Counted from the first letter of the stretch, positions 39,916 through 52,509 are shown. The stretch: DNA of 64,000 nucleotides from Hydrolagus affinis (GCA_012026655.1 JAAILG010000001.1:310001-374000), one strand, 5' to 3'. Made by a program: numbers and translations. Notes: a model not told the origin generated them from the letters alone.

Positions 39916-41756
39916 TTGAATTCACAGTTCTTCAAAGCCAATACTTGACTGTTAAACTGTGCTATGGAAAGCAACTGGTAGAGCTTTGTAGTAAATAAAA
40001 TTACAAAACAAAGTGAGGTGAAAAATGTTGCCAATATTACAAAGCAAAAGCTCCTTAAGATCACTAGCCATTCTTCTGATTTGTTTTCACAGAACAAATG
40101 GACATGTGAACTCAATGCTTGCCATTCTGTTCCCTACCTGACTCCCCCAAACTGGACAGTTACTAAATAACTATGGAATTTCTTCACATCATTTCCTTGG
40201 GACTCACCGAACACAGCACACCACAAGGCCATCTAGGCCTCCTGTTAGATTGAGAGGAATTGGATGGACCGATCTTCACAAGGGCACTTCATATCCTCTC
40301 TACCAGACTTCTAACATTTTGATAAATATGCCACACTCTTGGCAATTTGTTTTGCCAAAAGTTAAGATCTTACAGATGATTGTAATTAAATTCTATCTAG
40401 TAATACCCATATTGAATAGAGAGAGCCTAACTCTTCTAATAAAATGAATTAAAAACACACTGAAATCTTACATTTCTACATAGTTATTTATGTTTATAGC
40501 CGAAAATATAATTACCAATAATTTTTACATTGATAGAGGGTGGAAAGTAGCACTCTCCTTAGTTTGAAAGCTTGTTTTGATAGTTTCAATGCAAAGTCAC
40601 GATTTCGGATGTTGGTTCAGCCAGCAAACCAATATCATCAACTGAGTCAATCAATGATGGTGTTGGGGTAAAGTTGGGATTCAATTATCTTAAGCAAGTC
40701 TACCATTTTCTTAGATTTCAAACAATGGTGCCATCATTTACAATCCGTACATTTATCATCATGTCTTTTGCGTGATCAATGTATTAAGTGAGTCGGAAAA
40801 TCTTGCTGGTGGTGAATTATAATATTATAATATTAAAACAATCTTAATGACTTTTGATTGTGATGTGTGCAAAACTTCAACAAAGCATTGTGCCGTATGC
40901 TACGTTTCTAAAATTGTTCTGAAAGGACGCTGGGACATGTGCAACACTGCTGTACACAAATAAATTCAATTTTTCAAGTGGCAAAATCTCACTGCCTTCT
41001 GCATGAATACATCAATCATAGTGGAACCCAGAGGACCCACAGGATAAAAGAACAACACATGTTGCAGAATATTCCAGAAACTGTGAAACCTGCACTCAGG
41101 AGGTTGAATGTGCAAGACATGCATTTTTCCAATCTATATATGAAATGGGAATAGTGAGCTGTCTTGCAGGAGGAAGAAAAGGATTGAGCCAGTAAATGAT
41201 AACATGGAAGCTGGTTTTGTTTAGCCAAATAATCAGTAAAAGATAGAGACAGAATATTTTGTCCTTTCCAACCTCCATACATTTATGTACTATGTCCACG
41301 ACAGTGTAGGTGCCTTCATATAAAAAAAAAGTTGAATATTTGTTTGCACACCGTTATTGACCATATATAAGGCACAATACCTAATGTAAGGATCATTCTT
41401 ATAATTATATTGAGCCGAGAGCCAAATTACTCTGACAATTGGCGTAATAGAATGTGACATGATATGCCATTGTGTACGCCAGTGTATCCTTGATGGCACA
41501 GATATTTCGCATTGCCAGAGATCAGTTGAAACCTAGTGAAGCTGAAAATGTGTGTAATCAGCTCAATAATAACTGTACAGTTACCACTGTAGCCTTATCT
41601 AAAGGGTCTTTATGCCTAACAGTCCAAAACTCCCATTCCTCGACATGGTAATAACTTTATGATGGCACTCATGGATGAGTACTTCCGAAGGCTATTATAA
41701 GAATATTTGAAAAATATTTTCTTAATTTAGTTTTTGCATCATGTGTTTGGATGGGA

Positions 41757-41773
41757 GGGGGGGGGGGGGGGGC
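41757..41773 (+). repeat. G17 homopolymer
   Basis: Uninterrupted G run, preceded by GGGA. Confidence 0.85.
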
Positions 41774-42215
41774 GTAAAACAAATAACCCCAACAGGTTAC
41801 ACTTGAGACAGTATCCATTCAGCTGGTTCCATAAAAAAATACATTGAAGGATAGTTACCATGGAAATGTAATGCTCTCTGTAAGTACACATTCCAGGAAT
41901 CTCTCCACTGGATGAGTATTTTTAAGGGCTTGCAACTGGACCATGTTTACCATTGAAAATTAGAATTAATTTGGCTTAATTAAGTTCAATCTTCACGGAC
42001 CTGCCCTCGCCTGGTTCAATTCTTACTTTTCTCACCATCTAGATTTTGTTGCCAACAATGGTTTCTCCTCCAGCCCCCGCACTGTCACATGCAGCGTTCC
42101 CCCAGGGCTCTGTCCTTGGCCCCCTACTTTTCAATATCTACATGCTTGACGATATCATCCACAGATGTGGGGTCAACTTCCACATGTATGTGGATGATGC
42201 CCATCTCTATCTTTC

Positions 42216-42366
42216 TGCCCAAACCGTAAAATACTGCAGATGCTGGAAATCTGAATCAAAAACAGAAATCGCTGGGAAAACTCAGCAGGTCAGGCAGCAT
42301 CTATGGAGAAAGGAAAAGTGAGTCAACATTTCGGGGCCATGACCCTTCGTCAGAACTGACAACAGG
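42216..42366 (-). mobile_element. Penelope-like terminal fragment nested in L2, flanked by 10-bp direct repeat TCTATCTTTC
   Basis: Direct repeat at 42206-42215 and 42367-42376. Insert reads GATGCTGCCTGACCTGCTGAG...TTTCCAGCATCTGCAG, recalled as the shark Penelope pLTR end. It interrupts the L2 RT frame just after YVDD. Confidence 0.75.
42321..42357 (-). ncRNA. Minimal type I hammerhead ribozyme motif (slightly decayed)
   Basis: Minus: AGTT-CTGACGA-AGGGTCATGGCCCC-GAAA-TGTT-GACT. Core boxes CUGANGA and GAAA, stem II GGGUC/GGCCC, stem I AGUU/GACU. Confidence 0.65.
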
Positions 42367-43427
42367 TCTATCTTTCATCTATCCTTCTACCTCTACCCTC
42401 AATTCCAGGACCATTGATGTCCTGAGAGACAGCCTGTTGGACATCAAGTCCTGGATGAGAGCTAACTTTCTATAGTTGAATGTCAATAAGACTGAGGTCC
42501 TCCTGTTAGACTTGCGCCAGCGCCTTCACACATCAGGCACTGACAGCATCAACCTCCATAGTTGCACACTCAATCTCACCAAGCCAGTCAGGAACCTAGG
42601 TGTCTTGTTCGATCCTCAACTGGCTTTCCTCCCCCACATCCAACCCATGACCCGGTGTGCTTTCCCTCACCTCTGCAATATCATCCGACTCCACCACTAT
42701 CTCACCCCACAGGCCATTGAAATCCTCATTCATGCCTTTATCATATCCCAGGCTCAACTACACCCAACATCTTGCTTGTCGGCCTTCCCAATTCCTCCCT
42801 CTATAGGCTGCAGATAATTCAGAACTCTTTGGCCAGTGTCCTCTACCGCTTCAAGCTCTATGATCCCACCGCCCCCTCACCCGACTCCATTGGCTCCCCA
42901 TCACCCAGAGGATTCAATTCAAGATCCTGATCCTCACCTTTAAAGCCCTCCATAGCCTCGCCCCACCCTACCTCTGCGACCTCCTAACCCCCGACCAATC
43001 TCCCCTCCTGCTCTGCTCAGCAGGCTCTGGCCTGCTCCATGTCGCCCGACTCACCCTCCACACCATCGGAAGGCAAACCTTCAGCCACTTTGCCCCTAAC
43101 CTCTGGAATTCCATCCCACAGTCCCTCTGCCTCGCCTGCTCCCTAGCCTCCTTGAAATCCCATCTCAAGACCCTTCTCTTCGACAGTCTCATAGGTTACT
43201 CCAAAGCTCAGGTCTGAAACAGACTGTCCAGCACCTTTGGACATCCTCCCGACGGGAAAGGCGCTATACAAGAGTAATTTTGTTGTTACTTCCTGTTTAC
43301 AATTTTTGGTTTATGAAATTATGAGTGAAATTCACGAACCAAGCATTATAGCTAAAGCTAATTTAATCTAGTGTAGAAATATAACAAATTTGAACTAACC
43401 ATATATTCAAAAGCCAAGGTTGGTTTG

Positions 43428-43477
43428 TTAGTTAGTTAGCAAGTTATCTAGCCAGTTAGTTAGCTAGTTAGGCTAGT
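43428..43477. repeat. Degenerate (TTAG/CTAG)n tetranucleotide tract
   Basis: GTTAGTTAGTTAGC...GTTAGTTAGCTAGTTAGGCTAG. Confidence 0.65.
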
Positions 43478-45070
43478 TCAGGGAATTGATAACTTGACCA
43501 ATGTCACAAACATGTGGAAAATAGGTTATTGCTAGTGAATATTACAACCGGAAATTGAAAAACAAAAGCTATCAATTTGTCAAAAGTAGTGCCATGGAGA
43601 TTATGCTTAGAGTCCACTTTATTGTGAGCTCCTGAGCTCGACTGGGATAGCAGGGAGAGAAGCATAGGACAAGCTAAGCACCTTCCATCACTCGGAAGGA
43701 AATCTGAGAGTATGTCTGTCACTTACAGGTTGAAAGTTAGGGTTATATTTTAAATCCACATCTGACTTGTTTTTCCACTAAGACCCTGGACACTCCAGGA
43801 GGCCCCGTTTAAACCTATTGCAAAGCAGCTGACCTTCTTTGTCTTTTTTTTTCTGGGCAACATCTGCCACATGCATCAGGACGTCAGAAATTTCTGCCAG
43901 TTGAAGGAACTCTGCTCTGGCATTATTAGGAGCAGCTGTAAGATGTAATTAATACCAGAACTCGGCACCGAACGACTACAGGAAAATATCTTGCCTGGTG
44001 CTTGTAATAACAATATGGTTCTTATTATATGACTTAACTAATGGTAGGTGGTTATAGGATTATCTGGGGTAAGAAGATAAATCTGGTAGATAGCAACACA
44101 TGGCGTGAATTCAGTGTGTGCCAAAATCTGGATTAAAATATTGCACCAGTACAAGTTCTTTGACATTGTGTCATGTGGGTATTAGAAGTCACAAGATAAC
44201 CACATGAAGCAATGCACTGCATGTCATGAATTCAGCACTTCTAAATAGCACGCACCTCCTAACTGTTCCTGCTAAGTAGCGACGTTTAGCTTGACTTGAT
44301 TGAACTCACCTCGTATTTTGTTAGTTCCAATTTCTGGCCTGAATTTGCACTCATCCCAATTTTATATATGTCACGCACAGAGTACATTATCTGTAATTAA
44401 CTTGTTGGAGCTATCACTGCCTATTGGTCTTGTGAAAATAAATATCACTTTCATTCATTGACAATAGCATGAACTGTAAATTTTAATTCTTTTACTAACC
44501 CTATAAATGAATTTAATCATCCATGTAGGCTTGCCAAGAAATCCGAGAAATTTTGTTAAATCTGGTCATGCGGAAAATCAACAACTTATTTCAGCCAATC
44601 ATCCTGAGCATATATTTGAACTTGGATATGCAGATGCAGCATACAAATCCCCAAGATTCAGAAATACACTCACAGGATCAACAGCCCCATAGACAGCAAA
44701 ATTACTCAGAAAGCCATGAAATTCATCAAACATGAATTAAAAAGTGCTTTTCAACCTCCTGGATCCTGGAGAAAGAAAAAATCCAATATGCCCATTAGTA
44801 TACTTAAAATAAACGCTGGCGCAAGCATTTTTTTCTAAAAAAAACTATTTATAGTTTGGCATTGAATCAAATGAATTTGAATTTGGCTGCACAAATTGTA
44901 TAATTGTTCATGTTGTTCATAGTGTATCATCATCTTGTAAAATAAAAAACACTGAACTTTGTTGCTACCTGGACAAATAATTTGCTAACACGTATAAATG
45001 TTTTTACTAAACCCCATACACAGTCATTTTTTTTCTGCAACTCCTCAACTTTTACTGTCACTGATCGGTT

Positions 45071-45345
45071 ACTTATTCCACAGGCCTCTGTTTACCTAGC
45101 AATAAGTAGGAACATGGTTGTTTGGTGGATTGCTTTCCAGGGATAATAATCCCTAAAGATAATTAGAGTACTGTACTGTAATTTGGTCACTCAATCCATA
45201 ACTGTTCTTGGGACATTGATATGTGTAATTGGTTACCCACAAAATATAGTCAATTCACTTTATAGTATATTCTGTGAAGACATTGAGCCATCTCAACGAC
45301 GTGATAAGGCACTTTATCAAATGCAAGGATAAAATATATTATTGT
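45071..45345 (+). mobile_element. Family A SINE (long-body variant), head missing
   Basis: CTCTGTTTACCTAGCAATAAGTAGGAAC is shared with the 61790 region; GATAATAATCCCT, AATTTGGTCA and tail ATCAAATGCAAGGAT follow. Confidence 0.75.
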
Positions 45346-46039
45346 TTAACTAAAAATTATATCAGTATTATAACAAAACATAAAGCAGAGAAGCTGTTGA
45401 TAAATATACTGAAAATTCACTTTATTGCTGTTCAATTTGTAGGCTGTTCAACCTACAAAACACAGTCACAACAATTTTTGCAACAAATCGCTTAGAAATG
45501 TAAACTTGTCCGCACTGCTCTTTTTGTATTAAATTATTGTGTAAACAATAAACTTTGAAAAGTAACATTTCTAAGCTACAATCAAGATGACATTTATACA
45601 GAGTTGTTTATGCTATATATACAAGTAGGCTTCAAGACTTTCTTGAGATGCGGCTCTTATAGCAACAAGTATCCATTCAATCAATCCACACACTAATTTA
45701 TTGGAACACAAGTAGCTTTAGGCCTCTAAATAAATTACTTGGATTGAAACATTTGTAGAATATTTGCAGACATTTTATTTCTGGAAATCAAACTGGTGCT
45801 GTTCGCAGGAGTATTTTACAAACTCAAACTGGTGTGTAATAAAAGTCCACAGTTGATTGATTTTTAAAATAATGAACTGAATTTTGGGGGATTTTCACAA
45901 ATTACTGTATTGTAAAATGTTTCAGTTAAATTGTTCACTTCAAGTAAAATCTTCCTGACACACACAAAGAGAATTTTTAAAAATTTACAATTTATCTTTA
46001 GTTATAGTGTAAATCTTAGAGTAAATGTGTACTTTTTGA

Positions 46040-46097
46040 GGTTCTTGGGAAGACCTCCCAATGTGAAAGGCGCTATACAAATGTTGTTTTGTTGTTT
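46040..46097 (+). mobile_element. L2 tail-only insert
   Basis: CTTGGGAAGACCTCCCAATGTGAAAGGCGCTATACAAATGTTGTTTTGTTG. Confidence 0.75.
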
Positions 46098-47444
46098 ATT
46101 GACTTGTCTCCCTGATTAAAATATACTATGTAATAATTTTAAAATCAACCGCACCTATCTACACTCACAATGTCACTGTTTCTAAGTCTCCCAACTCGTT
46201 TACTTCTACCCTAATTATGATCTCATTTGATAAAGGTTATGTTCAAGAGTTCTTCAAAGGTCTTTGAAACAATGGTGAGCACACAGTAATCTACACATGA
46301 CATACTGCAGGCTACGGTATGGCAGAAGTCTGACCAGTGTTAAGATAAATGCTCATGCCAGTGTATGTTTTTTTTCATCTTTGCTAACCTCAACATTTGT
46401 GAGCAATTCAACACTGGCAAAATAAAGTACAGATAAGCTTTATCTGCAAGCGTACAGAAGATTATGTGCATTTATTCAGTCGCTGTGTTTTGAAAAATGG
46501 GGATAGAAAATACACTGGTTTAGATAATTACTTTGTCTGAGATAGCTACTATACCTCCTACTTGGTAAGAGTTTCACACTCTAAGTCTGACACATGTGTT
46601 TGGCGACAGATGATCTACAGGGAAATGTAGCATCAAGAGTCATAAGACACCAGGTCACAGTTCATGTGAATTTGCAATTTAAGTATCTTATGACTGAACA
46701 GAGATGCAGATGAAGTGAGAAACATATTTTATATGTTAGCTCTTCATGTAGGTTAATCAAGTGACAAATGATCTACAGAGAAATATGTGAAACACAATTG
46801 CAAAACAGTGCATCAGAGGTGATGTGTACAGTAATAAATTATTGTAAAAGTGCACATGTAATGTCTTCACCTTTAAATAGCTTATTGTCTTATTTAGGCG
46901 TGCTACTGATCAGCAGAAATGTCAGCTTCCCTTTGCTGATCTTGACTGATGTACTTTTTGTAATGTAGCTCTTGTTTTAGAGTTTCGAATTCCAGTCTAA
47001 TACTGCTTCTATTTTTAATAACATTTGAACAACTGTGAAGAAAGTACCGCAGGATAGAATGGGATGCTTCACAGAGACTAAAGTTAAATCATTGCAGCAC
47101 ACAGAGTAATGCTAGGTGGCAGAGGGCTAATTATAATGGCTTGGCATTGCTTATTTCTTTCACATGTAGGTTCATCAAGGTGAGAGTAAATAATTGTGTT
47201 GAGAATATTTCTTGCTTATAACCAATGACAACAGTCCCAATTCTAACACAGATCAGATGTAATTCTGTAGGTTCTTTCTTTCACATGCACACAGACACAT
47301 GCACAAGAGATGTCTTCATTTCCCACATCATCTATTCTACGGCCTCTCTAAAGATGACTACAGAGTTATTGTAAATTAGTGTTGAGTTATGGGTATTTTG
47401 TGCCCAATAGAAACTGCATTGTGATTCCCATATTCATTTATTTT

Positions 47445-47540
47445 AGGGTTCCTAACAGCCATCAGAGAGAGATTTTAATCACACCTATCCAAGCTGGATG
47501 TGAACTTTGATCCAAAGGTGAAACATTTTCCTAACCCCTG
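47445..47540 (-). mobile_element. LF-SINE-like head fragment (decayed)
   Basis: Reverse complement resembles the head of 56455-56880 (TTTCACCT...GTTC...CCAG...GAT.AAA.TCTCTCTC). Confidence 0.4.
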
Positions 47541-47780
47541 AACTGAACAGGATTGTTTTAAACGTGGATTTTTTTAATCTCTGGGTTTGAAACCTGCTCT
47601 AACAAGCATTGTGGCAGCCCAACCTGTGCTCCCTCTATTATCACCATTTCTAATGTCTGCTTTGCAAAGTTCCACTAGTCCTGCATCTAACGGCCTAAAA
47701 GTAGGAGCCAGTAGCTCAAAAACTGCATGAACTTTAACCCGGAATGTACTGTGGCTCCGACATCTCTAAGAAGGTGATGC

Positions 47781-48180
47781 AGAGAATTAAATTTCAAGAT
47801 CCTCACCCTTGTTTTCAAATCCCTCCACTCCCCTGCACCCCACCCCTCCGACCTCCTCTCTCCTCAAACCAGCACCTGTTGCCTTCGATCCACCGGGTCT
47901 GGCCTCCTCCTTGTCCCCTGTATCCTCCGCTCCACCCTCGACGGCCATGCCTTTAGCCACTATGCCCCGAGGCTCTGGAACTCCCTTCCTCACTCTCTTT
48001 GCCTCACCCCCTCTCTTCCCAGTTTCACGCCTCAGCTAAAGACCTTTCTCTTCGACCGACCCTCTGGTCACCTTTCTACCCCTGCCCCTGGCTCGGTCCC
48101 GGGATCCGTTATTGTGAAGCGCTCTGAGACACCGTCCGACGTGGAGGGCGCTATATAAATCTAAGTTGTTGTTTTTGTTT
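47781..48180 (+). mobile_element. L2 LINE 3' fragment (second subfamily)
   Basis: TTCAAGATCCTC...CTCTGGAACTCCCT...CTAAAGACCTTTCTCTTCGAC; tail AGCGCTCTGAGACACCGTCCGACGTGGAGGGCGCTATATAAATCTAAGTTGTTG. Confidence 0.85.
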
Positions 48181-48957
48181 AAAAAATAGTATTCTGCTCT
48201 TCTGAGGTGAGTTCACTATTGGGTAACGCATAGCATTGAAACCAATTTGTGCTAATGCCTACCCTGAGGACACTTGGAGTTTAGGTGTAACTGTAGTTTG
48301 AAAGTGTTATAAAATGGGAGCACTTTTGCAGTTACAAAAAATGGAGCCAAGTGGTGATGAAGTGTTTCCTTCTACAGTCACTAATTTTTCTCCAGCCTGT
48401 TTTTTCTACAGTGTTTTTATTATTATAGCAAGCACACCATTCTACACTCACAGAGAGTCTAATAACTTCGATCAACATTATGCCACCCTTCAATGACCCA
48501 TCTTGTGTAAAATGACACTGCTGTATTACAGGCAGCAGATTTACATGGAATGAAGCCTTGCTGCCAAAAACTCTCAGTTGGAAGAGAAAATTATAATAAC
48601 TGAAAGAGCCTGAAAATGTGTTTACAGAAGAATAAGAAACAGCAGAGAAACCAAAGGAGAAATATTGTGAAAAGACAATAATGCAATAAAAATACAGTCA
48701 AATCCGCTTTCGCCAGTTGTCAGGAAATCAAACAAAATGTCTGGCTCTGATGCAGTTATATTCTTACCAGTTTTAAATACGTCCATTCATAAGTGGTTCC
48801 AAAACTGTCAATCACCTCGGAGCAACTGCTAATTGTTCACCTTCCCATCCAACGGGAATGACAAAGGGAGAGAGGAAGGTATTTTTCAGTGAAACAAAGC
48901 TTAATATATTTTACTGAATTCTTTGAGAGTATTTTAACTTTAATTCTTAGATTAAAA

Positions 48958-49025
48958 TACTGACTGTCCAGTGCCTTGGGATGTCCTCCTGAAAGGCGCT
49001 GTACAAATGTAATTTTGTTGTCGTT
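48958..49025 (+). mobile_element. L2 tail-only insert
   Basis: GACTGTCCAGTGCCTTGGGATGTCCTCCTGAAAGGCGCTGTACAAATGTAATTTTGTTG. Confidence 0.8.
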
Positions 49026-50609
49026 GAAATCGTCCGGTGTCCTGATTCGTGAGTCAACATTGCTTCGAGTGAAAGCAACATTATTACAACATTATATGGC
49101 ACAACAACTCTCCTTTGCTTGGCAGGAATGGCATTTCGGTTACTATTTGCACATAGTTACTATTTGCACTGGCTTTTATTTTAAATATTTAGAGTGAGTG
49201 CATTTGCTGTATGAAAGAATATTGCACAGAAGTTTTTTTTTGTCATTTCTGATTCTATTATTCATCTTGAATGCGAGACAGAATCCAGTTCTAATGATCT
49301 CTTTTTCAGTGAGTTGAACGCTCAAAGGCCATAGATTAATGTTGTGTTGTTTAAAATGCAATTAGATCAAAATTGAATGTGTAAAAACACACACTGTTTA
49401 TGCTGCTGAGCTCAGTTTCCTTAGCTATTTTAATATTATTTATATCAACTGCAAATATATTACAACAACTTGTAAGATATTGATCACACATAGGATAATG
49501 TCTTGGAGTGCTTCCGAGTGGTGAAGTAACCAAGTATTCCTGCATTTTAATAATCTGGCCTCCACTTAAAAGAAATAAAGGGATGTGAGAAAGTGTGTGT
49601 ATAATTATAGAGTGGTAATTGTCAATTAGAATTGGGGGTTAATATCCTGTGCGTGGGTTTCCGATTTTTTCCAGTGCAGAATGTTCAAAAAGGGACAAGT
49701 TTTGGATGCAGATTAAATTTACTTTAATACCTTTTTTTTATTTGCAAAGCAGAGAGAGGACACTGTGTGATCATTGTAGTTAATTTCTTTTATGTGCAAA
49801 CACCAAAATGTACACACAGCTAGGCTGGGACAAACATACACATACTCATTTAAATCTATTTAACATATGCATAACAAACTAAGCACTGAGGGAATTGCGG
49901 ATTTGTAAATAGCTCCAGTTGTCTATGACTCTACTGAATTTACGTCTGCAGCACAGGGACAAAATCAGGCCCTAAATGTTTTGTGATGTACTTACTGTAT
50001 GGATATAAACAACTTTACTGTACCAGTGTTACTTCCCATAATTTTTCCTCCTCCTTTAGGTCCCTCTGTAGCACACACCAACAGGGTTATATATTATTTA
50101 GCAGTCTCTGGCAATACAGCAATGTAACCAGTCATTAGAAGATACATTAAAGTATTTGAGTTGATTCCTCTTCTGACTTCAACCCCCTCTTGTGTAGAGC
50201 CTCTATTTAGTGCTTCCTATGATAATCCAGCCCAGAACAAGTTATCACCACATAGGGATTCCATGGCAGAGTACACTAATACATCAAAATGCTGCATCAT
50301 TGGAATGCCTTCAGTTCCTATTTTCTGTAGTTTACATACTGTTCAACTGTTAATTTATTCCAATAATGTGAATAAAAATATGAATCAGAAGCTGATATGT
50401 AAATATCATCAACAAAAATAAGATGATTGTGCCTTTGTTCACAGTAGAATAATTCAGATCTTTTATTATAACAGTACATAATAGTACATTAATATGTTGA
50501 ATGAGCATAGGGAAAATACTATCCACAAAAGTATTTTACTTGTTTAAAGTCCTGCAACTTGCAATGCTATTTTCCTAAAATACTGTGAAAGAAATATTCA
50601 GTACACAAG

Positions 50610-50705
50610 AATAATAATCCTCGAATTTGATATAGCGCCTTATCACATCTTTGAGACGTCTCAAAGCGCTTCATGGAATACACTGTAAATTGACTATGTT
50701 TTGCA
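50610..50705 (-). mobile_element. Family A SINE tail
   Basis: AATAATAATCCTCGAATTTGATATAGCGCCTTATCACATCTTTGAGACGTCTCAAAGCGCTTC. Confidence 0.8.
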
Positions 50706-51115
50706 GAGATGGGATTCAAACCCAGTGGGATTAAACAGGCCATCCAAAAACAGCCACTTCAGATGCTTTATTTTTTTTCCCCCAGTGTGAATGTTGGAAA
50801 AGTGATAGCATTACATATACTGTAGACCACAATGGTGTAGGTGTTTTGTTATTGTGATCTCATGCGGTCAGCAGCATTGTTAATTAGTTGACCGATGTCA
50901 GAATCCATGTGGGCAAGGATTTGTTGCCATTTGGGAGGAGCCCTGGCTGGACAAGTTGGAGAATCGTCATTGCAAAGTGAAAACTGAAATTACTATTATT
51001 GTATCAGAGGAGCACTCACTGTGTAGAATCCTGTGAGAATTTTTTCTTAAAACCATGTCTGTCTGCAATCCATTGACTATACAATATAGGGTTATGCTAT
51101 TAACTTATTCAAAAT

Positions 51116-51172
51116 ACTCTGAGATGCCGCCTGTCGTGGAAGGCGCTATATAAATGAATGTTGTTGTTGTTG
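51116..51172 (+). mobile_element. L2 tail-only insert
   Basis: CTCTGAGATGCCGCCTGTCGTGGAAGGCGCTATATAAATGAATGTTGTTGTTG. Confidence 0.7.
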
Positions 51173-51294
51173 CATTCCTTAGTACCTTTGCACGCAATAC
51201 ACTATTTGGTGTCCTGAAGTTGACTGAATTTCTTTATTGGAATTTTGCACACACCAAGGGCTACAAATGGATAATTATGTGGATGACTGACTAA

Positions 51295-51438
51295 TACGGG
51301 AAATTGCTGTGCCCAACTTGAATGCCCACAAAGTACGCAGCCGTTCAGCACCACTTTACAGTATATCCTGTGAGATGCTTTGGAGTGTCCTCCTAGTATG
51401 AAAGGCAGTGTACCAAATGCAAGAATTATTATTAATAA
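51295..51438 (+). mobile_element. Deu/family A SINE 3' fragment
   Basis: TTGCTGTGC...GCCCACAAA...CTTTACAGTATATCCTGTGA...AAATGCAAGAATTATTATT. Confidence 0.6.
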
Positions 51439-51444
51439 TCTGGA

Positions 51445-51682
51445 AAATTGTTAACAAGCACACCAGCAGAAACTCCCTTCTATTTTTGTATGGCATCATG
51501 AGTTCTTTAACATCCACTTGAACAGATAATCGGGACCTCCGTTTTCAATGTCTTCTGAAGTATGGCAACTCTTGACAACACAGCGCTCATCCAGTACTGC
51601 ACTGGAGTGTCATAGAATGAAAGCTCAAAATCCCCAATGTAAAGCTTAGCCCAGAGGCAAGAGTGCTGTCAACTGAGTCATA
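51445..51682 (-). mobile_element. Deu-domain SINE 5' part
   Basis: Minus head TGACTCAGTTGACAGCACTCTTGCCTCTG...GACACTCCAGTGCAGTACTG. Confidence 0.65.
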
Positions 51683-52509
51683 ATAACGATGATGATATAG
51701 CAGACCCAGCACTATAAGACACATATAATTTGAAAGACTCGTCTGAGAAAGCAGGGAAAGCAAGATAGAAATAATCTGTCTGCAATACTACCCAACTGCC
51801 AACAGATACTGGTCCTACAATACTCATTCCAAAGAACCACCTCTTTACTAGAAAGATTCGAACGGAAGCAACAAAATAACAACAAAACAACATCTGGTGT
51901 GTGGCAATGTTGCGCACTTATATTCGGGTGATGAATTGAAGGCAATTTGCAAGCGTTGCAAGTCTTTCATCAGTAGGGACATGTGGAAGCCACACTGTTA
52001 ATGACCAAAGTGAAAATCCATCCCAAACATTTGTACTGTACTATGGTCACGTGGAAAAGCAAGAAGATATTTTCAGAGAAGTTCACTTAACGGAACCGTG
52101 TGATGCTATGAGTAATCCTTGGAAAGTAGAGGCACAAAGTATGTTACTGGATGAATAGCTGAAAACAGCAAAGGTATAGCTCTGAGTACCTATTAGCGTC
52201 TTGTCCGCTACATATTCTTCTTCAGCTAATTAATCATTTCCAATTATAATAAAACACCTGATTCATTTTTATAGAAAGAACATTTTGATGGGTACTGTAC
52301 TTTCAAAAGCACACTAGATGATTGGTTTACTTCAAGATCCTTAAGTGAATCCACACAGAATAGTGACTTTGATGGGAATTATCCATCGCTATCCTCCTTG
52401 GTAATTCACTTTTGGGCAAGATAAGACCCTCATCAGATGCTCCAATAGTTATTTTCTTGCAATAGCTGCTGGATTAACTACATAATAATTTGATCATTCA
52501 ATCTACTCA

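Larger units (their letters stand above)
41985..43288 (+). mobile_element. 5'-truncated L2 LINE (RT domain to 3' tail), frameshifted
   Basis: ORF 42046 has [15 protein letters not shown]...HMYVDD (RT motifs). ORF 42476 has NVNKTE...VRNLGVLFD...LIHAFI. 3' hairpin tail ends TTTTGTTGTT. Confidence 0.92.

Noticed and set aside
50870-50880. AGCAGCATTGT match to the start of miR-103/107
   Set aside because: The remainder of the mature sequence and the 5p arm are absent.
51689-51746. C/D box snoRNA (ATGATGA...CTGA)
   Set aside because: Too short, with no terminal stem or identifiable guide sequence.
52401-52440. Second hammerhead-like motif (minus: CTGATGA GGGTC...GCCC AAAA)
   Set aside because: The GAAA box is mutated, there is no stem I or NUH triplet, and no Penelope-like flanks.
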